DNA of 64,000 nt, taken from assembly GCA_036556025.1 (NCBI GenBank), contig DATBKD010000033.1, positions 11,756 through 75,755 on the forward strand, read 5' to 3'. The notes beneath the pieces are model-generated. The model saw only the letters and a list, made by a program, of their open reading frames with translations, was not told the origin of the DNA and did not search any database. Position 1 is the first letter of the stretch. Every line of letters begins with the position of its first letter. Shown here in pieces: positions 38,969 through 48,379 of the stretch. Both the position numbers and the translations under genes were made by a program. Origin of the DNA: Gemmatimonadales bacterium. Lineage in GTDB: Bacteria > Gemmatimonadota > Gemmatimonadetes > Gemmatimonadales > GWC2-71-9.

Positions 38969-40489
38969 ATGCTCTGCACTCATATTCGGGTGAGATCGTT
39001 CGTCACTCCCATCCTGACCGCCACAGCTCTGGTGTTGATCCTGAGCTGTGGAGGTGGCTCGGACCTCGGCGGACCTGACAGCCCGCAAGACCCAGGCGAT
39101 CCCGGCTCACTCCCGGCCCCCACGTCAGCAGGAACCCCCAACGGGGAGGCCGTCACCAAGAGCATTGGGCCGGAAGGCGGAAGTCTGGCTTCCTCAGATG
39201 GCGGGCTCACCCTGACCGTGCCGGCGGGGGCGGTCACTGCGACGACCGAGTTCGGGATCCAGCCGATTACCAATGAGGCATACAACGGGGTGGGCCAGGC
39301 ATACCGGGTGACCCCGGAAGGGCAGACCTTCGCTCAGCCGGTACAGGTCACCTTCAGTTATTCGGATGACGACCTGGTCGGCACCTCGGATGACGGCCTC
39401 GGCATTGCCAAGCAGGGTGCAGACGGCCGCTGGCGGGCGCTTCTGTCAACGACCGTGGATCCCACTCACCGCACCCTCTCCGTTTCGGTCACCCAATTTG
39501 GGGGAACTTCCCCTGCAGCCAGTGGCGACGGGCAGCCAGCGGCATTGTCACTGTCCGCCTCGAGTGCCAGCCCGGGTGGGGTGGCCAGGACGACATTCTG
39601 GAAGCAGCTCCCCGAGCCCAACTCTACGCCCGAGGTCAAGGTCAAGGAATCGACCCCGCTTGTCGTTCTGGCCTGCTTCCGGGAACCGACGCAACCGCTG
39701 CCGGCCGGACCCGGGGAAGACGAGCTTTTCACCCTCCCGACGGAGAGTTGCTATCCGTCGATCCGCACCGGCACTTGGTCGGTCAATGGCAGCCAGGGCG
39801 GGAACAGCTCGGTGGGCACCGTGGCTGCCCTTTCACCTACATCGCAGGCCCTGTACACCGCTCCTGCGAGCGCGCCCGGCGCCAATCCGGTTACCGTCTC
39901 CGGAGACCTGAGGTGGGAGGCTCGCGGGGTGACCAAGACATTCCGGTTTCGGGTCAAGGTCGTTGATGACGCCCACAACTTCCACATAGTCGGAAGCTTC
40001 AACTCCAATGGGCTCATGCCAATTGCGAACAACGGCGCCCGAGCCACGGTCAGCGATCGGTTCGAGGCCGACGCCATGATCGGCGATTCGGGGAGTATCC
40101 ACATCTCCAATATTCAGAACTCCGGAAGCCAGGTCGGTGGCCTCACCGGACCCGAAGATCCCCTGGGCATCTATTGCTTCTATAGCGTGGACGGCAACTA
40201 CGAACACATCACCGTGGCTCGGGGCGAAGGTGCTGCAGGTGCCTACGATCCCGATCGGCCGACCGAGCAACAGACCAGCATCACCTTCAGCGGCACCAGT
40301 AACATTCCGCCCTCGGTTCTGGGGACCCCGACCGACAATGGCTGCGAGAAAGCGCCTTACCCGGGCATGACCGCGGATAATCGGGTCGACCTGCGGTTCG
40401 ATCGCTTCCAATTGACCGAGGATGGACAGACCATCACCCTGCCCGCCGACCTGAACGGTTGGTCCTATACCATCGAGCGGCGCGATTGA
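38969..40489 (+). CDS. Lipoprotein, hypothetical, with possible ZU5-like beta-sandwich module
   Basis: ORF 38189..40489 trimmed to the ATG at 38969. Lipobox LILSCGG. The segment GGSLASSDGGLTLTVPAGAVTATTEFGIQPI...VQVTFSY resembles the ZU5 N-terminal signature (from memory). Confidence 0.55.
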   Translation: MLCTHIRVRSFVTPILTATALVLILSCGGGSDLGGPDSPQDPGDPGSLPAPTSAGTPNGEAVTKSIGPEGGSLASSDGGLTLTVPAGAVTATTEFGIQPITNEAYNGVGQAYRVTPEGQTFAQPVQVTFSYSDDDLVGTSDDGLGIAKQGADGRWRALLSTTVDPTHRTLSVSVTQFGGTSPAASGDGQPAALSLSASSASPGGVARTTFWKQLPEPNSTPEVKVKESTPLVVLACFREPTQPLPAGPGEDELFTLPTESCYPSIRTGTWSVNGSQGGNSSVGTVAALSPTSQALYTAPASAPGANPVTVSGDLRWEARGVTKTFRFRVKVVDDAHNFHIVGSFNSNGLMPIANNGARATVSDRFEADAMIGDSGSIHISNIQNSGSQVGGLTGPEDPLGIYCFYSVDGNYEHITVARGEGAAGAYDPDRPTEQQTSITFSGTSNIPPSVLGTPTDNGCEKAPYPGMTADNRVDLRFDRFQLTEDGQTITLPADLNGWSYTIERRD

Positions 40490-40500
40490 CGAGGGGATTC

Positions 40501-40776
40501 ATGGACTACGGCAGACGCACCACCGACGAATACCTCGCCACCTGGGATACGATCGTGGAGAATCATCTGTTCACCGAGCTGGCGAAGAGTCTTCGCCAGC
40601 TCGCCGGAACGGATGCACGGGCCGGCGGTCCCGGTCCGGAGCAGGTGGCAGCACTGGCCTACCATTTGGCGCATGCCCTTCGGGTGGCAGCCAGCTCGAG
40701 CGGGGGCATTCACGCGTCACTGGAATACCTGCAGCTGGCCGCGGCGGCGTCGGCAAAGAACGTTCCGACGAGTTAG
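40501..40776 (+). CDS. Small helical hypothetical protein (91 aa), no signal peptide
   Basis: The ATG at 40501 is 12 nt after the previous stop. It is predicted all-helical by eye. No recognisable family. Confidence 0.4.
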   Translation: MDYGRRTTDEYLATWDTIVENHLFTELAKSLRQLAGTDARAGGPGPEQVAALAYHLAHALRVAASSSGGIHASLEYLQLAAAASAKNVPTS

Positions 40777-40827
40777 GTTTGACTCGGTCTTCCTGCCCCG
40801 ACCACATCTCCTCCAAGGACGCCGACT

Positions 40828-41445
40828 ATGGGTATACGCCTCGTGTGCCTCGCGCTCGGAGCCGTCGCGGTGGGAGTGTTACCCCCGCCTCCTGCGGCTG
40901 CCCAGCACGTTTCGCTCTCGCCTACCGTTGGGGTCTACATCCCCACCACGGAGCTGGTGAAGGCGGTCAATGGCCAGGAGTTCAAGCAGGAGGTCGGGAT
41001 CGCCGTGGGCGGCCGGCTCAATCTTGCGTTCGGTCCCCGGTTCGGTGTTCTGACCTCGGTGTCTTACGTGCCCAGCAACCTCCGTTTCACCGTGAACCAG
41101 AACGAGACCAAGACCGACGCCAATCTGCTCTTCGGTAGTGCCCGCGCGACCTTCTACCTGCTCCCCATCACCGCGCCGGTCTGGTTGAACGTCAATGGAG
41201 GCGCCAGCCTGGTGCACCGCGGGGGCAAGGCGTTCGAGGACGCGGAGTACACGACGGACTATGGCGGGGTGGTCGGCACCACAGTGGGCTTCCATCTCGG
41301 CAGCCTGCTCAGCTTCTACGTCGCCGCGGACGACTACATCTACGGCGCTCGGCTGGAGGACGAGACCCTCGACATCGACAGCAAGAAAACTCAGAACGAC
41401 GTGCAGCTCGCCGTCGGGCTGGGCGTGCCCTTGGGTGGTCATTGA
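40828..41445 (+). CDS. Outer-membrane beta-barrel protein, 205 aa (paralog 2 of 2)
   Basis: Same length and co-linear motifs as 37517..38134. The C-terminus is LAVGLGVPLGGH. Confidence 0.75.
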   Translation: MGIRLVCLALGAVAVGVLPPPPAAAQHVSLSPTVGVYIPTTELVKAVNGQEFKQEVGIAVGGRLNLAFGPRFGVLTSVSYVPSNLRFTVNQNETKTDANLLFGSARATFYLLPITAPVWLNVNGGASLVHRGGKAFEDAEYTTDYGGVVGTTVGFHLGSLLSFYVAADDYIYGARLEDETLDIDSKKTQNDVQLAVGLGVPLGGH

Positions 41446-41497
41446 ATTAAGATGCTTGACGAGTCATCGTCTGAAGACTTGCTCCGACGAGGGACAC

Positions 41498-41890
41498 GTG
41501 AAGCTGTTGCCGTGGATTGTCGCAGTCGGAATCGTCGTGCCGGCGCGCGCCCAAGCCCAAACCAGTACTCCGGCCTCGCTGGTTGGCACCTGGAAATTCG
41601 ACCTGAAGCAAGACCCCAAGAAGGATGGCCCCCGGACCGTCGTGGTGCGGCCTGATAGCAGCGCCAGCTACGGTACCCAGACTGTACGCTGGCGTTTGGT
41701 GGGAGACAGTCTCGCGCTGGCTCTGGGCGGCGAGTGGGTGAACTACAAGTACAAGTTCAAGGGCAAGCGACTGGTGCTGTCTGGCGGCGACCTGACCGAG
41801 CCGGTCAGCTTCGATCGGTTGGGTCCCCCGACACCACGGCCCGACAGCGTGCCGGTGCCGCCGGACCCCGATGTGGCGGAGTCGCAGTAA
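41498..41890 (+). CDS. Small secreted hypothetical protein
   Basis: ORF 41195..41890 trimmed to the GTG at 41498. Signal peptide VKLLPWIVAVGIVVPARAQAQ. A beta-rich body and a Pro-rich tail. Confidence 0.45.
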   Translation: MKLLPWIVAVGIVVPARAQAQTSTPASLVGTWKFDLKQDPKKDGPRTVVVRPDSSASYGTQTVRWRLVGDSLALALGGEWVNYKYKFKGKRLVLSGGDLTEPVSFDRLGPPTPRPDSVPVPPDPDVAESQ

Positions 41891-41894
41891 ACCC

Positions 41895-42701
41895 CTACAA
41901 GGCCAACCTCAGCTGTGCGCCCCCTCGCGATACCAAGATGGCGGGCAAGGGCTCGTCCTGGAGCGCCACGTGCAGCTGCCCCCGGAACCCCAGCTTCTTG
42001 AGGGTTGGCGCAATGGCGCCGCGGGCATACGCCGGGGTATTGCAGCGCTCGCTCAAGTGTGCCAGCACGATGACCGTGAGGCCGGGATGATGTAGCTCCG
42101 CCAGGAGCTCGCCCGCGGCTCGGTTGGAAAGGTGCCCCGCGGATCCCGCGATCCTGCGCTGGACCACCGGTGGATAGTCGCTGGTTCGCAGCTGGACCTC
42201 GTCGTGGTTGGCCTCCAGCACCAGCGCGTTGACCTCACGCAGGAGATAGCGAACCCCAGCAGTCGCCCGCCCCAGATCGTAGGCTACACCCACCCGAGCG
42301 CCGTCTCCCGTCTGCACCACGATCGCGAGCGGCTCGGCCGCGTCGTGACTGGTGGGGCAAGCTTCGATGTCGAACGGGCCAAGCGCTCCCCGGGCGCAGA
42401 GTCCGAGGGGGCGATGCTGGATGGGTCGCCCGCCCGGTGCCACCCGCTCCCACGTCCCTGGTGTGGTGAGCACCGGGATACCCAGTCGTCGCGCGAGTCT
42501 GGGCGCGCCGCACGCGTGATCGCCATGCTCGTGGGTGAGCACGATACCTGCGACCCGCTCGAGCGCCAGACCGGCGGTCTCGGCCCGTCGTTCGATCTCC
42601 CGGGCGCTGAACCCGGCGTCGATCAGCAGGGCCACGCGCTCCGATTCCACCGCGAAGCAATTGCCGCGAGAGCCCGAGCCCAACACGTAGAGGGTGGTCA
42701 C
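41895..42701 (-). CDS. MBL-fold metallo-hydrolase
   Basis: LTHEHGDHACG (HxHxDH motif). GTGA overlap with the upstream gene. Confidence 0.85.
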   Translation of the reverse strand: MTTLYVLGSGSRGNCFAVESERVALLIDAGFSAREIERRAETAGLALERVAGIVLTHEHGDHACGAPRLARRLGIPVLTTPGTWERVAPGGRPIQHRPLGLCARGALGPFDIEACPTSHDAAEPLAIVVQTGDGARVGVAYDLGRATAGVRYLLREVNALVLEANHDEVQLRTSDYPPVVQRRIAGSAGHLSNRAAGELLAELHHPGLTVIVLAHLSERCNTPAYARGAIAPTLKKLGFRGQLHVALQDEPLPAILVSRGGAQLRLAL

Positions 42702-43870
42702 TGCCGAACCCCTCTGAGGAAGGTGCGGCGCAGCGATTCCCGCCGTTCGGCTGAGAGCTCCACGTTTCTTCGCGCCATGACGCGCTCCGCGATCCGGAGG
42801 AACCCCTCTTCGGTAAGCCGCTCTTCACCGGTGCAGCCCCAGGCGAACGGGCGCACGTGTTTGGGAGCAGTCGGAGTGCCGAACACATTGGCGCCGGCTG
42901 ACACGACCGTTCCTGTTGCCAGCATGGTTCCGATCGCGGTCTTGGCGTGGTCGCCGAACAGGGTCCCCAGATTGAGCCGCCCGCTTTCGATCCGGACGCC
43001 GTCGATGTCGAGCCGGACCGGCCCGTAGGTGTTCTTGAGGTTGGACGTGGTGGTACCGGCGCCCAGATTGACCCAATGTCCCACGACGCTGTGACCTACG
43101 AACCCGTCGTGGCTTTTGTTGGCATAGCCCAGGAACACGCTTGCCGCAATTTCTCCGTGCACCCGGCACTCGGGCCCGAACACCGATTGCCGGATGAATC
43201 CACCGAGCACTCTCGTGGCGGCGCCGACGTAGACCGGTCCCTCCAGCCGGGTGCCCTGCCGCACTTCCGCGCCTTCCTCCAATACGACCGCGCCATGGCG
43301 CACGTCGAAGACCACGCCTGGCTCGACCCGGGCGCCGAGGGATAGCACGTCCCCGGGATCGCCCAGGACCAGGCTGCCCTCGGGAATTGTGGCAACCGGT
43401 GCGGCACGAAAGTCGGCGCAGTCGGCTGGCAGGAGCCGCTCCAGGGCGGTGATGAGGTCATACGCTCCCCGAAGCAGGAGGCCATCGACCTCAAACCCCG
43501 CGCCCGCATTGCGGGGACCGCTCCAGCGCTCCCCGGCAGGGACCAGCCATGCCACCGTCGTGCCCGAATGAGTGAGCCGGCGCGCATCGGGCGGGGGATC
43601 GATCGGCGCGCCGGTCGGAGCGAACCACGCGGCCGCGATGGTCGCCGGGCCCAGGATCGGCCCCGGGGGAAGCACCTCGGGCTCGTCCCCCTCGCGGAAG
43701 CCCTCGACGTGGCTGCCCAGAATGCCGACCGCATCGGTTTGCAGCGCCGCCTCCCAGCGCTCCCTGATGCGCCAGATTCCGGCGCGAAGCTCCGCGATTG
43801 GCCGCACGCCGGCGAATGGCGCCCATTCAGCCCCGGCCGGCTCGGGTTCCAACAGGTACAGCGAGGTCAT
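42698..43870 (-). CDS. Putative sugar nucleotidyltransferase / left-handed beta-helix (hexapeptide) acyltransferase, GlmU-like
   Basis: ORF trimmed to the ATG at 43870 (ATGA overlap with manC-like). The C-terminal half is rich in hexapeptide repeats (VGHWVNLGAGTTTSNLKN, TMLATGTVVSAGANV). Confidence 0.65.
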   Translation of the reverse strand: MTSLYLLEPEPAGAEWAPFAGVRPIAELRAGIWRIRERWEAALQTDAVGILGSHVEGFREGDEPEVLPPGPILGPATIAAAWFAPTGAPIDPPPDARRLTHSGTTVAWLVPAGERWSGPRNAGAGFEVDGLLLRGAYDLITALERLLPADCADFRAAPVATIPEGSLVLGDPGDVLSLGARVEPGVVFDVRHGAVVLEEGAEVRQGTRLEGPVYVGAATRVLGGFIRQSVFGPECRVHGEIAASVFLGYANKSHDGFVGHSVVGHWVNLGAGTTTSNLKNTYGPVRLDIDGVRIESGRLNLGTLFGDHAKTAIGTMLATGTVVSAGANVFGTPTAPKHVRPFAWGCTGEERLTEEGFLRIAERVMARRNVELSAERRESLRRTFLRGVRQ

Positions 43871-44898
43871 CCGGGAAGGTCGCGAATCTCGGGCGGAAGA
43901 CGGTCCAGCAACTCTTTCATGGCTGCGGCCCGCTCCATGGGCATGACCAGGATCCGGCCGTTGGCCTGGACCACCACCAGATCCTGAACTCCGCTCAGCA
44001 CGACGGCGTCCCGGTCGGCCCACACGATGCAATCGTGGCACTCGTTGAGGAAGGCCTGTCCGATCACGACGTTGCCGCTGGTATCCTTGGGCCGTACTCG
44101 GCCCAGTGCTTGCCAGGTTCCCACGTCATCCCAGGCGAACGCCCCCGGTACAACCGCCACCGCGGCGCTGCGCTCCAACAGTCCGACATCGATCGAGATC
44201 GGGGTCACCGTGTTGAAGAATCCGGGGACGTCATCACTGCGCAGGTCAGGCAATCCCTTCGCCACCTCGGGCGTGTGGGCAGTCGCCTCGGTCATCAGCC
44301 GGCGCGCGGTCCAGGCGAACAAGCCGCTGTTCCACAATGCGCCCGCGGCCATGAGGTCGAGCGCGGTGGCGGCGTCGGGCTTCTCGGAGAACCGTGCCAC
44401 GGTGTGCGCCATCTCGTCCAACGGTGCGCCGGGTACGATATAGCCGTATCCGGTCTCGGGGCGGGAGGGAACCACTCCGACCGTGACCAGCCGGTCGTGG
44501 CGGCGGGCGGTGGTGAGCGCCACATCCGCCGTGCGACGGAATGCCGCGGCATCGCCCACCGCCCAGTCGGCGTGCAACGAGAGCACCTCTGCATCAGGGT
44601 CGCGCCGCTGCGCCTCGAAGGTGGCCCAGATGAGCGCCGGCGCGGTGGACGCGGGTCGAGGCTCGATCAGCATGTTCGCGGGCGACAGCTTGAGCCGGTC
44701 CTGGAGCTTGGGCGCCAGCGCGTTTCCCGCGACCACGAGGATGCGCTCCCGGGGAATGAGCCCGGTGAGCCGCTCGACCGATTCCTCCACACTGGAGCTG
44801 GAGCCGGAGAGGGGAAGAAGCTGCTTGGGGTGTTGGGGAGTGCTGAGTGGCCAGAAGCGTGTTCCAGACCCGCCGGCGAGCAGGACGGCCCACCTCAT
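43867..44898 (-). CDS. Mannose-1-phosphate guanylyltransferase (nucleotidyltransferase domain only)
   Basis: MRWAVLLAGGSGTRFWPLSTPQHPKQLLPL and SIDVGLLE. Confidence 0.85.
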   Translation of the reverse strand: MRWAVLLAGGSGTRFWPLSTPQHPKQLLPLSGSSSSVEESVERLTGLIPRERILVVAGNALAPKLQDRLKLSPANMLIEPRPASTAPALIWATFEAQRRDPDAEVLSLHADWAVGDAAAFRRTADVALTTARRHDRLVTVGVVPSRPETGYGYIVPGAPLDEMAHTVARFSEKPDAATALDLMAAGALWNSGLFAWTARRLMTEATAHTPEVAKGLPDLRSDDVPGFFNTVTPISIDVGLLERSAAVAVVPGAFAWDDVGTWQALGRVRPKDTSGNVVIGQAFLNECHDCIVWADRDAVVLSGVQDLVVVQANGRILVMPMERAAAMKELLDRLPPEIRDLPG

Positions 44899-44908
44899 GA
44901 CGGCACCG

Positions 44909-45262
44909 TCACAGCAGCGCCGCCAGCGCGGGTCGGTGGTGACGGAGATCGTAGAGCAGGGGGCCTACATCCGCATCCGTCCGCGCCAGAATCGCGAGCC
45001 AGTCTCCCGCACCGACGGCAGCCAGAACCAGGAGCCCTCCGGAAAATTCCATCACCGCGGTCTGAAGTCCTCCCTGGCCGGTGCCGCGACCGAGCCGGCC
45101 GGCATACTGCGCGAGGGTCGCGGCGAGCGCGGCCACCGTCTCCGATTCGAATCCGGGGCGGGCCGCGAACTCGATAGGCAGTCCGTCGCCGCTGAGGAGG
45201 AGCGCGGCTTCCACGCCGGGGCGCTGCCCGAAGCTCTGTACCACATCACCCAGCCCAGTCAT
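44909..45262 (-). CDS. Roadblock/LC7 (MglB-like) domain protein
   Basis: 117 aa with GVEAALLLSGDGLPI...LQTAVMEFSGGLLVLAAVGAGDWLAILA, the typical Robl pattern. Confidence 0.7.
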   Translation of the reverse strand: MTGLGDVVQSFGQRPGVEAALLLSGDGLPIEFAARPGFESETVAALAATLAQYAGRLGRGTGQGGLQTAVMEFSGGLLVLAAVGAGDWLAILARTDADVGPLLYDLRHHRPALAALL

Positions 45263-45379
45263 GGGACGCTTGACTCCACCGGAAAAAGAAACGAGCGCAA
45301 CGTATGAGCCGCCTCGGTCGAAGTCAAGAAAATAACGGAGGTTGACCCCTCTTCTCCCGGGCCTTAACGTTCCGCCTTT

Positions 45380-45937
45380 ATGCGACCGATTACGGCTCTA
45401 CTCTTGCTGCTTGCGCTGGCCGGCGTCGGCGGCTGCGACGACAACAACGGGCTGCCCGATCCTACCGTGCAGAACATCGTCGACACGGTAACTATCGGCT
45501 CGCTGGTGGGCACGCCCATTTCCACGCCCAGTGGCTTTTTCATCGACTTCTCCGGCGTGGGCGCAGTCCGCACCGACCAGTCTGTGGGCTTCGAGTTCGC
45601 CTATAATATTGAGCCCGGCGGCCGGCGGGTATTTCTCCCCCGCGCCGCGCTGGGGCTCGCCTCGACGACTGCCGACCCCGGAGTGCAGCTTCGGCCGGAG
45701 ACGTTTGATGAGATCTCCAAGGCCCGGAGCAACGGTTACGTGACCGACTCGGCCGTCGCCGTCGAAGTGGGCCAGCGCTTCCTGGTACGGTCGCGAGTAA
45801 TCTGCACCACCCTCGGCGTCCCTCTCTATGCCAAGTTGGAGATCCTCGGGTTCGCCGACAGCACCGTCACTTTCCAGGTGCTGGCTGACCGCAACTGCGG
45901 CTACAAGGGTTTGGATCCCGGCCTCCCCAGCGAGTAA
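45380..45937 (+). CDS. Lipoprotein, hypothetical
   Basis: MRPITALLLLLALAGVGGCDD is a lipoprotein signal. The body is beta-rich. Confidence 0.6.
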   Translation: MRPITALLLLLALAGVGGCDDNNGLPDPTVQNIVDTVTIGSLVGTPISTPSGFFIDFSGVGAVRTDQSVGFEFAYNIEPGGRRVFLPRAALGLASTTADPGVQLRPETFDEISKARSNGYVTDSAVAVEVGQRFLVRSRVICTTLGVPLYAKLEILGFADSTVTFQVLADRNCGYKGLDPGLPSE

Positions 45938-45942
45938 CCCCC

Positions 45943-47226
45943 GTGATTGACCTGAAGAGACTGCGGCAGGATCCTGACGGCAGCCGAGCCAGCCTCCTGC
46001 GGCGGGGCGACCCTGCCCTGGGCCCACTGGTCGACGGCTTGCTCGATCTCGATCGCCAACGGCGGGAGCTGCTGGTCCAGGTCGAACGGCTCAAGGCCGA
46101 GCGCAACGCCGCCAGTGAGGAGGTCGCTCGGCGCAAGCGTGCAGGTCAAGGGACCGACGAGCTCATGGGGCGGCTCAAGAGCTCCGGCGAGGAGGTCAAA
46201 GCTCTCGACGCGCAGTTGCGTGAGATCGACACCGCGCTGGAACAGTGCGCGCTCACGCTGCCCAATTTCCCCTCTGACCTGATCCCGGACGGCGATGCGG
46301 CGGCCAACCGCGTGGTCCGGGCCTGGGGCGAGCCTTACCGTTTCGACTTCCAGCCCCGGCCCCACTGGGAGCTGGCCACCAATCTCGGCATCCTGGATCT
46401 CCCGGCCGGTGCCAAGCTCGCGGGCTCCGGGTTCCCGCTGTTTCGCGGAGCCGGGGCTCGCCTGGTCCGCGCGCTTGCCGGGTTCATGCTGGATTTGCAT
46501 ACCCGCGAGCATGGATATGTCGAGGTGGCAACTCCCTATCTGGTCAATCGCACTACCCTGACCGGCACCGGCCAGCTTCCCAAGTTCGAAGAGGACCTTT
46601 ATTCGGCCACGGCGGATGATCTCTTCCTCATACCTACGGCGGAGGTGCCGGTTACCAATATCCACCGGGACGAAATCCTCGAGGCCCACGACCTTCCGCT
46701 GGGTTACGTCGCCTACACGCCGTGTTTTCGCCGGGAGGCAGGCGCGCATGGCAAAGACACTCGCGGCCTGATTCGGGTTCACCAGTTCGACAAAGTGGAG
46801 CTGGTCCGCTTCAGCCGGCCGGAGGAATCGTCGGCCCAGCACGAGCTGCTCACCGGCCATGCTGAAGCCGTGCTGCAACGGCTCGAGATTCCGTATCGAG
46901 TCGTCGAGCTCGCAGCCGGCGACACCGGGTTCAGCAGCGCGCGAACCTATGACCTCGAGGTCTGGGCTGCGGGGGTCGGTACCTGGCTCGAGGCCTCGAG
47001 CTCGAGCACCTTCACCGACTTTCAGGCTCGCCGCGCCAACATCCGGTATCGCGCCGAACCCAAGGCCAAGCCCGAGTTCGTGCACACGCTGAACGCCTCG
47101 GGAGTCGCGTTCCCTCGTACCATCATCGCTCTGCTGGAAAACAACCAGGCGGCCGACGGCTCGGTGCGCGTGCCCGAGGCGCTGGTGCCGTATCTCGGTG
47201 TCGAGCGCCTGGCCCCACGTGGGTAA
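45943..47226 (+). CDS. serS: Seryl-tRNA synthetase
   Basis: N-terminal coiled-coil arm. Class II motifs: FRREAGAHGKDTRGLIRVHQFDKVE, TYDLEVW and GSGVAFPRTIIALLENNQ. Confidence 0.95.
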   Translation: MIDLKRLRQDPDGSRASLLRRGDPALGPLVDGLLDLDRQRRELLVQVERLKAERNAASEEVARRKRAGQGTDELMGRLKSSGEEVKALDAQLREIDTALEQCALTLPNFPSDLIPDGDAAANRVVRAWGEPYRFDFQPRPHWELATNLGILDLPAGAKLAGSGFPLFRGAGARLVRALAGFMLDLHTREHGYVEVATPYLVNRTTLTGTGQLPKFEEDLYSATADDLFLIPTAEVPVTNIHRDEILEAHDLPLGYVAYTPCFRREAGAHGKDTRGLIRVHQFDKVELVRFSRPEESSAQHELLTGHAEAVLQRLEIPYRVVELAAGDTGFSSARTYDLEVWAAGVGTWLEASSSSTFTDFQARRANIRYRAEPKAKPEFVHTLNASGVAFPRTIIALLENNQAADGSVRVPEALVPYLGVERLAPRG

Positions 47227-47251
47227 GGAGCGGCTCCAGCGGCTGGCTCCC

Positions 47252-48379
47252 ATGGTTGCCGTCGGGCTGGTCGCCACGCTCGCGGGCCTGAGTCTCGGCA
47301 CCGGTCTCCTCATCATCCGTCACTTCAAGGGCGACGCGACCGCGACCAGCCGGCTCTACTCCGGCGTCTTCGGGGGACTGAACAATCCCCGCCCGGGGGC
47401 CGAGGCCGAGGCCCTGCTCCGACTGGGGGAGCAGGTGCGGTCGCTGGGCCTCCCGCTCGTTGTGACCGATCGCGCCGGTCGGGTGACGGCGGTGGCCAAT
47501 TTGCCCTTCGATGCACCCTTGGATGACCCCCGAATCAGGGACTATGCTGCCCGACTCGACCGGCAGAATCCGCCGATCGTCGATCAGGCGATCGGCACGG
47601 TGCACTACGGGCCCATGCCGGCGCAGCGCAATCTCACGGCGCTGGCCATCCTGCAGGGGTTGACCATCATGGTCATGGTGGCCGTGGCCGTCTTTGCGTA
47701 TCGCAGCGCGATGGCCGCCCAACGCGACCGGTTGTGGGTGGCGATGGCGCGGGAGGCTGCGCACCAGATGGGCACCCCACTCACCAGCCTCCAGGGCTGG
47801 ATCGAGCGGGTGCGCTCCCGGCCGACACCGCCTCCGGATCTGGCCGATCACCTCTCGGCCGACGCCGATCGACTGGACCGGGTGGCGCAGCGCTTCGAAC
47901 GCATCGGGAATCCGGCGAAGCGCGAGCCGATCGGGCTTGGCGCCCTGGCCGACCGGGTCGCGCTGTACTTCCGCCCGCGCCTTCCCAAGCGGGCCAACCC
48001 GATTGAACTGCGCCTGGAAGCGCCGGGAATGGGGCCCATGGTATTGGGTGATCCGGTACTGCTGGAATGGGCGCTCGAAGCCATGGTTAAGAACGCCATC
48101 GACGCCCTGCAGGGACGCTCAGGCACGATTATCCTGCGGGTCGGAGCGGCGCAGGGGATGGGAGAAATCCGGGTGCTCGACGACGGCCCCGGCATCGCCA
48201 AGGAAATCCGTCGCACCCTGTTCGAGCCTGGCATCACCACCAAGGGAGGGTGGGGCATCGGACTCGCCCTGTCTCGCCGGGTGGTCGAAGATGCCCACCA
48301 GGGGTCGCTGGTGTTGGAAGCCACCGACAAAGGAGCCTGTTTCCTGATGCGTATTCCGCTGGCCAAGCAGGACGTGTGA
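47252..48379 (+). CDS. Sensor histidine kinase (two TM helices)
   Basis: H-box AREAAHQMGTPLTSLQGW. ATPase boxes MVKNAIDAL, DDGPGI and GGWGIGLALS. The start is uncertain; the ORF track begins at 47198, overlapping serS. Confidence 0.8.
   Translation: MVAVGLVATLAGLSLGTGLLIIRHFKGDATATSRLYSGVFGGLNNPRPGAEAEALLRLGEQVRSLGLPLVVTDRAGRVTAVANLPFDAPLDDPRIRDYAARLDRQNPPIVDQAIGTVHYGPMPAQRNLTALAILQGLTIMVMVAVAVFAYRSAMAAQRDRLWVAMAREAAHQMGTPLTSLQGWIERVRSRPTPPPDLADHLSADADRLDRVAQRFERIGNPAKREPIGLGALADRVALYFRPRLPKRANPIELRLEAPGMGPMVLGDPVLLEWALEAMVKNAIDALQGRSGTIILRVGAAQGMGEIRVLDDGPGIAKEIRRTLFEPGITTKGGWGIGLALSRRVVEDAHQGSLVLEATDKGACFLMRIPLAKQDV

Noticed and set aside
45342-45370. TTGACC-N17-TAACGT as a promoter for the lipoprotein gene at 45380
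   Set aside because: The -10 hexamer is weak, and the implied transcript would be essentially leaderless. There is not enough support to list it as a feature.
47198-47251. Longest-ORF start of the second histidine kinase, overlapping serS by 29 nt
   Set aside because: The ATG at 47252 begins right at the first TM helix. However, the AAGGAG at 47225-47230 is too far from it, so the true start remains uncertain. I kept 47252 with reduced confidence.
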